The notes under the pieces were generated by a model, which did not search any database, was not told the origin of the DNA, and saw only the letters and a program-made list of their open reading frames with translations. Positions 1 through 7,745 of a stretch of 52,486 bases of DNA are shown here, one piece after another; position 1 is the first letter of the stretch, and every line of letters begins with the position of its first letter. The position numbers and the translations under genes were made by a program. Source of the stretch: Minisyncoccota bacterium (GTDB lineage: Bacteria > Patescibacteriota > Minisyncoccia > Phycocordibacterales > JABMNX01); NCBI GenBank assembly GCA_026195275.1, contig JAPHQU010000008.1, forward strand, positions 1-52,486, in the 5' to 3' direction.

Positions 1-630
1 ATGGCGGCACTCTTCCTTATTGCCCTCACTTCCACCACATACGCTGGTGGTGTTGAGGAACCAATCCTCACGGCGCCGGTCTTCCCTCAGGTGGGTGATG
101 AGTTCGTCTACGCAAGATTCACGTCCCAAAACAACCTGGACGCTGACAAGAGAAAGTGGGAAAAACACTATTCGGTGACAGAAGTGTCACCGAACGGCTT
201 CACCATGGAAGCTGAGGGCAAATCCCGAAAGCGCTTCGATGGTAGCGGGAATCTTACCGAGTATCGAACAAAGAAAGGTAAGGTCACTTCCTACTCGCCA
301 CACACCTCAACTTTCCTTTACCCGATCCAAATCGGAGACACTCACAAAGTATCCTACACCAAGGATGACTCGGATGGAGAAGTACAGTTCAACCTTCTGG
401 TTTCCGTCATCGGATGGGAAGATGTCACTGTCGCCGGCAAGACCTGGCGTGCGCTACACATCAAACACGAGGGTTCCTACACGTGGCAGGGCTATGTTGG
501 CAAAACCAGTACTGATGAATGGCTTGCACCGGAAGCCCGGTGGCAATACATCCTCAAGGACTCCTTCTGGGAATGGACTGGTGGAAGTAAAGGAGTCATC
601 ATGGGGTTGGTTGGTATGAAACTGAAATAA
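1..630 (+). CDS. hypothetical secreted protein (5' end possibly truncated by the window edge)
   Basis: The ORF is open from base 1. The N-terminal hydrophobic stretch AALFLIALTSTTYA looks like a signal peptide. A hairpin terminator follows the gene. No family recognised. Confidence 0.6.
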   Translation: MAALFLIALTSTTYAGGVEEPILTAPVFPQVGDEFVYARFTSQNNLDADKRKWEKHYSVTEVSPNGFTMEAEGKSRKRFDGSGNLTEYRTKKGKVTSYSPHTSTFLYPIQIGDTHKVSYTKDDSDGEVQFNLLVSVIGWEDVTVAGKTWRALHIKHEGSYTWQGYVGKTSTDEWLAPEARWQYILKDSFWEWTGGSKGVIMGLVGMKLK

Positions 631-656
631 TTCAGACCTCCCAACTTCCGAAAACT

Positions 657-699
657 AATCGGTCTTCACTCGTAAAGTGAAGACCGATTATTCTTTATT
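657..699 (+). terminator. intrinsic terminator hairpin
   Basis: 13-bp perfect stem aatcggtcttcac / gtgaagaccgatt with a 7-nt loop, followed by a T-rich tract. Confidence 0.7.
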
Positions 700-914
700 A
701 TAAGCTTCAAAGAGCCTGCTTAATCCAAAAGCTCAAGGCCGGCTCTGGCAAACGAATCCCCACTAAAGATCTCAAGCGCTTTCTCATACTGCTCACGCGA
801 CTCCTCAAGACGCCCTAAAAGCCGGTATGTATCCCCAAGCACACGGTGAGGGATGCTCATTCTATCTCTGTACCCCAGGTTATTAACCGCAAAAAGATAT
901 GCAACGTAACCCGC

Positions 915-1745
915 CTACCGCCTTTCTGAGACCCTAAAAGAACTTACTGGTGGAAGTTCTCGGGGGATGTCCAACAACCCTACCCGAAAGAGATAGTCAT
1001 ACACACCCTCAACAGAGACCATTGAGAATACGTTGCGTATATAAATATCTCGATCTCCTGATACCGCAAACACGCTCTGAAGGGTTCCGTATATACAATT
1101 ATTCACAAGTACGTTATAGAAAGCGGGATTAAGACGTATGCGCTCCGCATCTTCTGCAAGGGTGAGAAACAGTAACGCACGCTCTGCTTGAGAAAGCTTG
1201 AGAGGGAGTGCGTATACCACAAGCCCCCTTTCAACCCTCTGAGAAATAGCGTCTTGCCCGTCAGCAAAGATGTACGCGAGTTCATAAGCACGAAACAATG
1301 ATCCGATGACATTGTACATTTCATCCTTCTCTCGGCGTGCCTCAACCGAAATTGTGGTGGTGCTCCCATCTTTAAAGTGAAAGAGTAGTAACGAGTGTAT
1401 GACATCAATACCAACGTCAGGGAATGAATATGTGACAAGATCCACTGATGTAATATCTCTAACATCAACAATCTTGTCATAATAATCCTTTACAACCACC
1501 AACTCCCCTTCATAACGAAAATTTCGCACGTTGTGCATATCAATCTTCGAACCAGAAATATCCAATGTAGTTAAAACATTATGGTAACTCTTCCAATCTC
1601 GATTGTTTGATGGAGTAAGAGTAGCCACATGGAGGGAAAAAGCGCAGAGGGTACCCAACCCTACAAAAAAGAATATGTGCAAGCTCAGCTTTTTCTTGAC
1701 CATTACGAGAACTATACCACGAGTATCTTTGTGCCATCTTTTCAT
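915..1745 (-). CDS. DUF4105 / Lnb N-terminal-domain-like membrane-anchored protein
   Basis: The long ORF 915..1886 overlaps a tRNA gene at its 5' end, so the start was moved to the internal ATG (MKRWHK...; the alternative is MVKKK at 1703). A hydrophobic anchor LSLHIFFFVGLGTLCAF follows. The pattern NVRNF.Y...SVEARREKDE.Y......R.YEL.Y...NPAFYNVLVNNC resembles the DUF4105 family. Confidence 0.6.
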   Translation of the reverse strand: MKRWHKDTRGIVLVMVKKKLSLHIFFFVGLGTLCAFSLHVATLTPSNNRDWKSYHNVLTTLDISGSKIDMHNVRNFRYEGELVVVKDYYDKIVDVRDITSVDLVTYSFPDVGIDVIHSLLLFHFKDGSTTTISVEARREKDEMYNVIGSLFRAYELAYIFADGQDAISQRVERGLVVYALPLKLSQAERALLFLTLAEDAERIRLNPAFYNVLVNNCIYGTLQSVFAVSGDRDIYIRNVFSMVSVEGVYDYLFRVGLLDIPRELPPVSSFRVSERR

Positions 1746-1792
1746 TATGTTTCTGGACGAAAAGCATTGTTGCTGGTAGAGTACTAGCCACT

Positions 1793-1864
1793 GCTCTCGT
1801 AGTTCAACGGATAGAATACAGGTTTGCGGAACCTGCGATCCAAGTTCGATTCTTGGCGAGAGCA
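1793..1864 (+). tRNA. tRNA-Arg (anticodon GCG), no encoded CCA
   Basis: Manual cloverleaf. Acceptor GCTCTCG/CGAGAGC, D arm GTTC-AACGGATA-GAAT, anticodon arm CAGGT-TTGCGGA-ACCTG, T arm CCAAG-TTCGATT-CTTGG, discriminator A. Confidence 0.85.
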
Positions 1865-1871
1865 CAAAGGC

Positions 1872-1915
1872 AAACGTAAAAAACACCTAGCCACTGCTAG
1901 GTGTTTTTTACGTTT
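1872..1915. terminator. bidirectional terminator (20-bp perfect palindrome)
   Basis: aaacgtaaaaaacacctagc-cact-gctaggtgttttttacgttt lies between the convergent tRNA-Arg and the 1922..2341 gene. A/T runs are present on both sides. Confidence 0.8.
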
Positions 1916-1921
1916 ATTAAA

Positions 1922-2341
1922 TCATATATGAGCAAGTGTTATGCTGTATTCACTAAGTTCATCTTCAGTAAATAATACACCGAGCATCTTTTCCTTTTCT
2001 TGAACCAACATCTTACTCATATCTACGCCCTCTAAATCAAATAACGAATGTTCCGAGATCAAGAAGTACGTATTATTTTTTGAAAGGTAGCCGAGAGTAT
2101 TATCGATATACTCACCGTTCACATTGTTGATGAAGTGTATATTTACTCCACTTTTGGGGACAAAAGATAAAGCTACAACGACAAGGGCTTTATTATCCTT
2201 TTCAAGAAGCTGGCGTGAAATATGTTGGCACCGCTGACTCCCTTCATACTCCCCTGCAGTAACCGAGATTTCACGCAAGTTATCTTTTGCGTACTCCCAC
2301 GCTCGCTCATATACAATTTGTCGCTCCGATTTCTTTTTCAT
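1922..2341 (-). CDS. hypothetical protein
   Basis: ORF 1922..2383 trimmed to MKKKSERQ. No recognisable family. Lower G+C than its neighbours by eye. Confidence 0.55.
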   Translation of the reverse strand: MKKKSERQIVYERAWEYAKDNLREISVTAGEYEGSQRCQHISRQLLEKDNKALVVVALSFVPKSGVNIHFINNVNGEYIDNTLGYLSKNNTYFLISEHSLFDLEGVDMSKMLVQEKEKMLGVLFTEDELSEYSITLAHI

Positions 2342-2368
2342 TATAGAGTGTATTGAAATACATCTTGG

Positions 2369-2404
2369 AAAAGAGGGGTGCATTAATGGGGCACCCCTCT
2401 TTTT
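2369..2404. terminator. hairpin terminator
   Basis: agaggggtgc / gcacccctct 10-bp stem flanked by A- and T-runs. It lies downstream of the small ORF 2432..2515 on the minus strand. Confidence 0.6.
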
Positions 2405-2431
2405 GGTTGGCGTATCGCGAACCTGCTGAGC

Positions 2432-2515
2432 CTATTGACCCGGAAGGTTCCCTTGTTCTTCGGCCGGGACATCATCCCAGTCGTCGTCTCCGCCAAAATG
2501 AAGCTCTGCGTACAT
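2432..2515 (-). CDS. 27-aa acidic small protein (MYAELHFGGDDDWDDVPAEEQGNLPGQ)
   Basis: The ATG is preceded by GAAAGGAGGTGATCTGAC, a near-perfect Shine-Dalgarno sequence with a 7-nt spacer. Hairpin terminators flank both sides. Too short to appear in the ORF track. Confidence 0.45.
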   Translation of the reverse strand: MYAELHFGGDDDWDDVPAEEQGNLPGQ

Positions 2516-2594
2516 GTCAGATCACCTCCTTTCTTCCAAGGCTAATATTTACATACTATTAAGGCAACAGTCAATACTCACAAAATGCTCATAC

Positions 2595-2624
2595 AAAAAG
2601 CCACGGTGGTATCCGTGGCTTTTT
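2595..2624 (-). terminator. rpsT terminator
   Basis: aaaaagccacgg-tggtat-ccgtggcttttt lies 15 nt downstream of the rpsT stop. Confidence 0.75.
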
Positions 2625-2638
2625 GTTGTGTTGAAATA

Positions 2639-2905
2639 TTACGCACTCAATTTCTTGATCGCTGCGACTATGCGAGACTTCTTGCGGCTAGCGGTGTTCT
2701 TCTTGATCACGCCTCGCTTCGCAGCTTTATCAATCGCCTTCTGAACTGCAGGGAGCATTTCCTGCGCCTCCTTCTGTTTCTTCTCTGTGATAAGGGATGT
2801 TACCTCCTTTATTGTCTCGCGCATCGCGCGAGTGCGGCGCAGGTTAAAGACTCGCTTGTTGAGTGAGCTCTTATGCGCTTTTTTTGCTGAACTGGTTATT
2901 GCCAT
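2639..2905 (-). CDS. rpsT: 30S ribosomal protein S20
   Basis: 88 aa, basic. MAITSSAKKAHKSSLNKR...AIDKAAKRGVIKKNTASRKKSR is typical of S20. Confidence 0.9.
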   Translation of the reverse strand: MAITSSAKKAHKSSLNKRVFNLRRTRAMRETIKEVTSLITEKKQKEAQEMLPAVQKAIDKAAKRGVIKKNTASRKKSRIVAAIKKLSA

Positions 2906-2986
2906 ATCTTTGTTGTGGAGACACTATACCAAAAAAAGCCTAAAACGCAACTAGTATGGGTGCCTGCGCTCGAACCGCACTTTTAG

Positions 2987-2995
2987 TGGTATTAT
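2987..2995 (+). promoter_or_regulatory. extended -10 box TGGTATTAT upstream of ruvA
   Basis: TGn-extended -10 element ending 8 nt before the ruvA ATG at 3004. Confidence 0.35.
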
Positions 2996-3003
2996 AGTCG
3001 GTA

Positions 3004-3576
3004 ATGATCGCACAACTACACGGAACTATCGTCGCAAGTGGCCTGGATTATGTCATTCTTGATGTTGCAGGTATTGGCTACCTCGTGCATACCTCTCGTG
3101 AGCTCGCGCAGGTGCTTTCCGGGAAGACCGAAGGGATCACACTTTTCACCCACCTCTCGGTACGCGAAACCTCACTTGAGCTTTATGGATTTTCTACCGA
3201 AGAAGAGATGCGTTTTTTTGAGTTACTCATCTCCGTCTCCGGTATCGGCCCCAAATCAGGGCTCGCTATTATGAATCTTGAGACGGTGCCAACACTCTCT
3301 TCGGCAATTCTTCAGAGCGACACCACGTACCTCACCAAGGTCTCCGGCATTGGGAAGAAGAGCGCCGAGAAGATCATTATCGAACTTCGCGACAAAATTG
3401 CATCATTTGGAGAAGACGGGGGGCACGCACACGCAGAAGACGCCGACACACTTGAGGCACTTCTCTCTCTCGGCTACTCGCGAAGAGAAGCGCGCGAGGC
3501 GCTTAAGGAGATCTCCGAGGAAGTGAGCGGCGCGAGCGAGCGACTCACTGAAGCGCTTAAACTTCTTGGAAAATAA
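3004..3576 (+). CDS. ruvA: Holliday junction branch migration complex subunit RuvA
   Basis: 190 aa. N-terminal OB-like domain, HhH motifs GIGPKSGLAI and VSGIGKKSAEKII, and a C-terminal domain III (ALLSLGYSRREA). Confidence 0.9.
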   Translation: MIAQLHGTIVASGLDYVILDVAGIGYLVHTSRELAQVLSGKTEGITLFTHLSVRETSLELYGFSTEEEMRFFELLISVSGIGPKSGLAIMNLETVPTLSSAILQSDTTYLTKVSGIGKKSAEKIIIELRDKIASFGEDGGHAHAEDADTLEALLSLGYSRREAREALKEISEEVSGASERLTEALKLLGK

Positions 3577-3586
3577 CACTGGTCTT

Positions 3587-4837
3587 ATGAAATCGTTTGT
3601 TAAACGCATACTCCCGAAACAAGTCTTTGCGCTCTACCATTTTTTACTCGCGCTTACCGGAGCGCTTCGCTACCGCTTTCCTTCTCAAAAACTTGTTGTA
3701 ATCGGTGTTACTGGCACCAAAGGCAAGTCGAGTGTTGCTGAGCTTGTGAATGCAATTCTGGAAGAAGCTGGGTACACAACAGCACTTCTCTCTACAATAC
3801 GCTTCAAAGTTGGCGATGAGTCGCGACCAAATCTTCTTAAAATGACCATGCCTGGGCGCTTTTTTGTCCAACGCTTCCTCTTCGACGCTACACATGCCGG
3901 TTGTACACATGCAGTGATTGAGATGACTTCCGAAGGTGTCACGCAATTTCGTCACCGATTTATCGATCTTGATGCACTTATCTTTACCAACATCGCCCCT
4001 GAGCATATTGAGTCGCATGGCTCGTTTGAGAATTATCTCGCCGCAAAACTCAAGCTCCGTGACGCGCTTGAAGCATCTTTAAAAGAAAACACCGCGATGA
4101 TTGCAAACACGGATGACGCGCACGGAAAGGATTTTCTCAATGTGTCGCACGCAACACCAATCCCCTTCTCGCTCAGCGACGTCACCTTTAGATCAAAAGA
4201 AAACGGGGTGTCTCTTTCGTATAAAGATATTGATATCAATTCAAAACTCAAAGGAGCCTTCAATGCATACAACATTCTCGCCGCAATCAAACTTGGTGAG
4301 TATCTCAACATTCCACTTGAGACCATTAGACGCGGTATTGAAAATGTCTCGGTTATCCCTGGACGTGTTGAGCATATACACAAAGGTCAAATGTTCGATG
4401 TGGTAATCGACTATGCACACACCCCTGATTCGCTGTGCGCACTTTACGACGCCTTTGATGGGAAGCGGAAGGTGTGTGTCCTCGGTAACACCGGTGGCGG
4501 CAGGGACACGTGGAAGCGACCTGAGATGGGAAAGATCGCTGATCGGGCGTGCGATGTTGTCATACTCACCAACGAAGACCCGTACGATGAGGATCCAGAA
4601 AAAATTGTTCGTGAAATGGCGGCCGGCATGGAGCGCGAACCTTCTATTATCATGGACCGCCGAGAAGCGATCCGAGAAGCAATCGAGAACGCCGCTCGTG
4701 ACCCAAGAAACACTGCGGTGCTTATCTCTGGCAAGGGTACTGACCCATTCATCATGGAAGCGAACGGCAAGAAGACCTCGTGGAGCGACAAGCGGGTCGC
4801 TGAGGAAGAACTTGCACGTATTCTCCCAAACGCTTAA
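3587..4837 (+). CDS. murE: Mur ligase, MurE-like (UDP-MurNAc-tripeptide synthetase)
   Basis: Motifs GVTGTKGKSS (P-loop), TMPG, TNIAPEHIESHGS, DYAHTPDSL, GNTGGGRDTWKRPEMG and LTNEDPYDEDP. The ATG at 3587 was chosen. A TTG at 3566 that overlaps ruvA is the alternative start. Confidence 0.75.
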   Translation: MKSFVKRILPKQVFALYHFLLALTGALRYRFPSQKLVVIGVTGTKGKSSVAELVNAILEEAGYTTALLSTIRFKVGDESRPNLLKMTMPGRFFVQRFLFDATHAGCTHAVIEMTSEGVTQFRHRFIDLDALIFTNIAPEHIESHGSFENYLAAKLKLRDALEASLKENTAMIANTDDAHGKDFLNVSHATPIPFSLSDVTFRSKENGVSLSYKDIDINSKLKGAFNAYNILAAIKLGEYLNIPLETIRRGIENVSVIPGRVEHIHKGQMFDVVIDYAHTPDSLCALYDAFDGKRKVCVLGNTGGGRDTWKRPEMGKIADRACDVVILTNEDPYDEDPEKIVREMAAGMEREPSIIMDRREAIREAIENAARDPRNTAVLISGKGTDPFIMEANGKKTSWSDKRVAEEELARILPNA

Positions 4838-4869
4838 CAAAAAAGCTCCCTCGACGTATCATTGAGAGC

Positions 4870-5835
4870 ATGAAACATACCCCCGAGATGACACAAAGAA
4901 CAGCCGGAAACGCAACTGGCGACCTTATCCTCGTGGTGAGCGTCGTCCTTATTCTTGGTGTAATATGGCTTCTCTCCGGCGGACCGACCCGAACCACTGA
5001 TGAAGAGTTGGTCAAGTTCGAGCGCGCAAGCGAAGAAGGGGTACTTTCTCCAAACTTCACCGGATTCTTCTTGCCTATACAGCGAGAAGAGAGTGAAAAT
5101 TATAAAAAATACCGAGACCTTGAAGAAGAGCTTGGTCGCACTCGTGATTACGGCGAGACCTCTCCTCACTGGGGACTCGTCACCATCGAACACTCAACGG
5201 GAGGTATGAAGAACACGAGTCCTGAAGAAGAGTACTTGGTCCTCAACACCTCTTATAAGCTCGGTGACCCAATCTCAATCACTGGCTGGGAACTCCAGAG
5301 CATGACCACCAACAAAGCTGCGGTAATCGGTCAAGCAACACAGGTGTCAACTTCGGGGAATATCAATATCGAAAGTTCAGTAGTTATCTCCGCTCACGAC
5401 CGACTGTATATCACCACCGGGCAACCGCCGACCGGCTATTCATTCCGCGTAAACAAGTGTTCAGGATACTTTGAGCAGTTTCAAGATTTTACTCCAACTC
5501 TCTCAAAACAGTGTCCATATGCAAAAGATGAGCTAATGTTCGCTGATGACGACCCTTACCTTTTTGGGAGTGAGTGTCTCAACTATATCGAGCGACTGCC
5601 GCGCTGTATTATGCCTCTTGAGGCACTCCCCATTGGATTTCCAAACTCCTGCGCACTTTTCATCACCGAGAAGATTAACTACAACACCTGCGTGAAGAAC
5701 CATCGCGATGACGCTGATTTCCTTGAGGATGAGTGGCGTATATTCCTTAAGCAAAGCGATGAACTTTGGGAAGACCGCGACATCATCCGCCTTCTCGATG
5801 AGAACGGGAAGGTTGTTGACGTATTTTCGTATTAG
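4870..5835 (+). CDS. membrane-anchored protein with a lamin-tail-domain-like segment and a Cys-rich C-terminal domain
   Basis: N-terminal TM segment LILVVSVVLILGVIWLL. The LTD-like pattern is EEEYLVLNTSYKLGDPISITGWELQS. The C-terminal 130 aa contains 7 Cys. Confidence 0.6.
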   Translation: MKHTPEMTQRTAGNATGDLILVVSVVLILGVIWLLSGGPTRTTDEELVKFERASEEGVLSPNFTGFFLPIQREESENYKKYRDLEEELGRTRDYGETSPHWGLVTIEHSTGGMKNTSPEEEYLVLNTSYKLGDPISITGWELQSMTTNKAAVIGQATQVSTSGNINIESSVVISAHDRLYITTGQPPTGYSFRVNKCSGYFEQFQDFTPTLSKQCPYAKDELMFADDDPYLFGSECLNYIERLPRCIMPLEALPIGFPNSCALFITEKINYNTCVKNHRDDADFLEDEWRIFLKQSDELWEDRDIIRLLDENGKVVDVFSY

Positions 5836-6290
5836 TTAAAGTGGAAAAGAATTATTCCTGCTGTAACCGCCACGTTCAGTGATTCTTTTTCCCCGCGCAC
5901 AGGAATCTCGACAACAGTGTCGCACAGCGCAAGCACATCCTCAGGAAGCCCGTCTACCTCATTACCGAAGATGAATATGGCTTTCTCGGGAGCGGTATAG
6001 TCCTTGTAGGGTACTGACTCTGGCGTTTGCTCAACGCCAACAATCACGTGGTTGCTTTGTTTAAGATTCTCGACAACCTTCACGATGTTCCCGGACTCCC
6101 ACGGAACTGACTTTTGTGCGCCAAGAGCCACCTTCGCAATTGCTTGCTGTTCTCTGCCAAAGCGATCAATCGGTGCGGGCGTGTAGCCGGTGAGGTAGAT
6201 CTTCTCCACCCCCGCACACTCAGCAGTGCGAAAGAGTGAGCCGACGTTGTGCGTGCTGCGCACATTGTGAAAAATAGCAATCATATTCAT
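5832..6290 (-). CDS. SpoU/TrmH-family RNA 2'-O-methyltransferase
   Basis: 152 aa. SPOUT motifs NVGSLFRTAECAG, IFGNEVDGLPEDV and SLNVAVTAGIILF. Confidence 0.8.
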   Translation of the reverse strand: MNMIAIFHNVRSTHNVGSLFRTAECAGVEKIYLTGYTPAPIDRFGREQQAIAKVALGAQKSVPWESGNIVKVVENLKQSNHVIVGVEQTPESVPYKDYTAPEKAIFIFGNEVDGLPEDVLALCDTVVEIPVRGEKESLNVAVTAGIILFHFN

Positions 6291-6330
6291 ATCACCTAGA
6301 GCCTAGCTGTGGCATGGAGCAAAGTCAACA

Positions 6331-6339
6331 TGGTATACT
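6331..6339 (+). promoter_or_regulatory. extended -10 box TGGTATACT, 6 nt before the start codon
   Basis: The -10 hexamer ends at 6339 and the ATG is at 6346. This implies a leaderless or near-leaderless mRNA. Confidence 0.4.
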
Positions 6340-6345
6340 GAGCAT

Positions 6346-6750
6346 ATGTTAAGTATATTCCCCTCATTGCTCACCTACGGCATCGTGGCGCCGTTCATTC
6401 TTCGTATGACCGTCGGACTCTTCTTCCTTGATCGCGGCTATCGCCACCTTAAAGAAGAAAAAGCTGGTGTGGTCGCGGATATGACCAAATGGCTTCATGC
6501 TTTTGCGAAACCTTTTGTGGTGCTTGTCGCTCTTGTTGAAGTAGCCATTGGACTTTCTCTCATTGCTGGGTTCCTTACGCAAATTGCCGCCATTTTTGGA
6601 ATTATCTACATGTTCAAGATGCTCTACTTCAAGGTTGAATGTCCGCACTTCGCAAAACACCAACGACTCGTGTACATTCTCTTTATTGTGATACTCTTCT
6701 CACTCCTCATCACCGGCCCGGGCATCATCGCAGTTGATTTGCCGCTCTAG
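6346..6750 (+). CDS. DoxX-like small integral membrane protein
   Basis: 134 aa with four predicted TM helices. General DoxX-family architecture. Confidence 0.5.
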   Translation: MLSIFPSLLTYGIVAPFILRMTVGLFFLDRGYRHLKEEKAGVVADMTKWLHAFAKPFVVLVALVEVAIGLSLIAGFLTQIAAIFGIIYMFKMLYFKVECPHFAKHQRLVYILFIVILFSLLITGPGIIAVDLPL

Positions 6751-6787
6751 AGCCCAGTAAAATAAAACTAGACCAGAAGCCGTTTTA

Positions 6788-6796
6788 TGGTATAGT
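6788..6796 (+). promoter_or_regulatory. extended -10 box TGGTATAGT upstream of tRNA-Lys
   Basis: Same TGGTATAnT motif as at other gene starts. It lies 24 nt upstream of the tRNA 5' end. Confidence 0.35.
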
Positions 6797-6820
6797 TTTA
6801 CGGTGTTTTAGAACACCTTA

Positions 6821-6893
6821 CCGCCTATAGCTCAGTTGGTAGAGCGGCTCCCTTTTAAGGAGAAGGTCCCAGGTTCGAGTCCTGGTGGGCGGA
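6821..6893 (+). tRNA. tRNA-Lys (anticodon UUU), no encoded CCA
   Basis: Manual cloverleaf. Acceptor CCGCCTA/TGGGCGG, D arm GCTC-AGTTGGTA-GAGC, anticodon loop CTTTTAA, T arm CCAGG-TTCGAGT-CCTGG. Confidence 0.9.
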
Positions 6894-6983
6894 CAATTAG
6901 TGTAGTGTGGACAAACTATTGTTCGTTTCTAAAGAATTAAAACTTAATCAGCCAACCCTTTAATACTGTTTACAATCAAAATA

Positions 6984-7008
6984 AACGCCAACCGCGTGGT
7001 TGGCGTTT
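6984..7008. terminator. bidirectional terminator, copy A of a repeated roughly 50-nt element
   Basis: aaacgccaacc-gcg-tggttggcgttt flanked by aaaat / tatttt. Very similar to the element at 42576..42606. Confidence 0.75.
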
Positions 7009-7031
7009 ATTTTGGCTCTACTGAGCATTTT

Positions 7032-7745
7032 CTAGACATTCAAAATAAACCGCTCAAGAGCTACATCAAAGTCGTGTATGCCGCGACGAGCGTCGTGGGA
7101 GAGTGCGACCAATTTGCTTGAGAGTGCACGAAGCTCCGGCTCAGTGTAGTTTTTTAAAAACCGCGTTGCTTTCTGGAACACGAACGGGTTGAGACCTGCT
7201 TCTTTTGCGCTCCCGCACTGCGAAGCTAAGAGCATACTCTTCACCTGCCAGAAAAGAAGCCCGTGCAACTCTTCATCAGCAATGTTCTCTCTTTTTGCGC
7301 GCTGGTAAAGTGTCCAAAGACCTTTTCGATCACGACCACCGAGCGCATCCGCGAGTGCAAACGTATTAAAGCGCTCTTTCTTTGTCTCTTTGGCAGTGAA
7401 TTCTTCTACTTTCTCTGCGTACTTTTCAAACCGGGTAAGTGTCTTCTTGTCGAGTTTTCCTTCAAGGAAGATAAACATATGCTCAGTCGTCTGCATTTCT
7501 TTGAATGCACCGGTAAGCTCTTCTTTTTTATCTTTATCCGCAAAGAGTTGGTCGAAAACAACAATGTACTTCTGCTCAAAGAGTCCCTGAGATCCGGTGA
7601 GCTCAGCGAGATGGTATGCATCACTATTCTCGAGAGTCACAAAGAAAAGTTCCGCCCCAGGACGTTTCTTTGCGAGCGCGTCGAGAAGCTTGTGGAGCTT
7701 TACTCGTGATCTCTGCGTATCGGTGCCATAAAATAAATAAATCAT
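7032..7745 (-). CDS. holA: DNA polymerase III delta subunit (HolA)-like, short form
   Basis: 237 aa. The N-terminus MIYLFYGTD and the C-terminal pattern (LNPFVFQKATRFLKNYTEPELRALSSKLVALSHDARRG) fit HolA. Its start overlaps the polA stop (ATGA). Confidence 0.55.
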   Translation of the reverse strand: MIYLFYGTDTQRSRVKLHKLLDALAKKRPGAELFFVTLENSDAYHLAELTGSQGLFEQKYIVVFDQLFADKDKKEELTGAFKEMQTTEHMFIFLEGKLDKKTLTRFEKYAEKVEEFTAKETKKERFNTFALADALGGRDRKGLWTLYQRAKRENIADEELHGLLFWQVKSMLLASQCGSAKEAGLNPFVFQKATRFLKNYTEPELRALSSKLVALSHDARRGIHDFDVALERFILNV

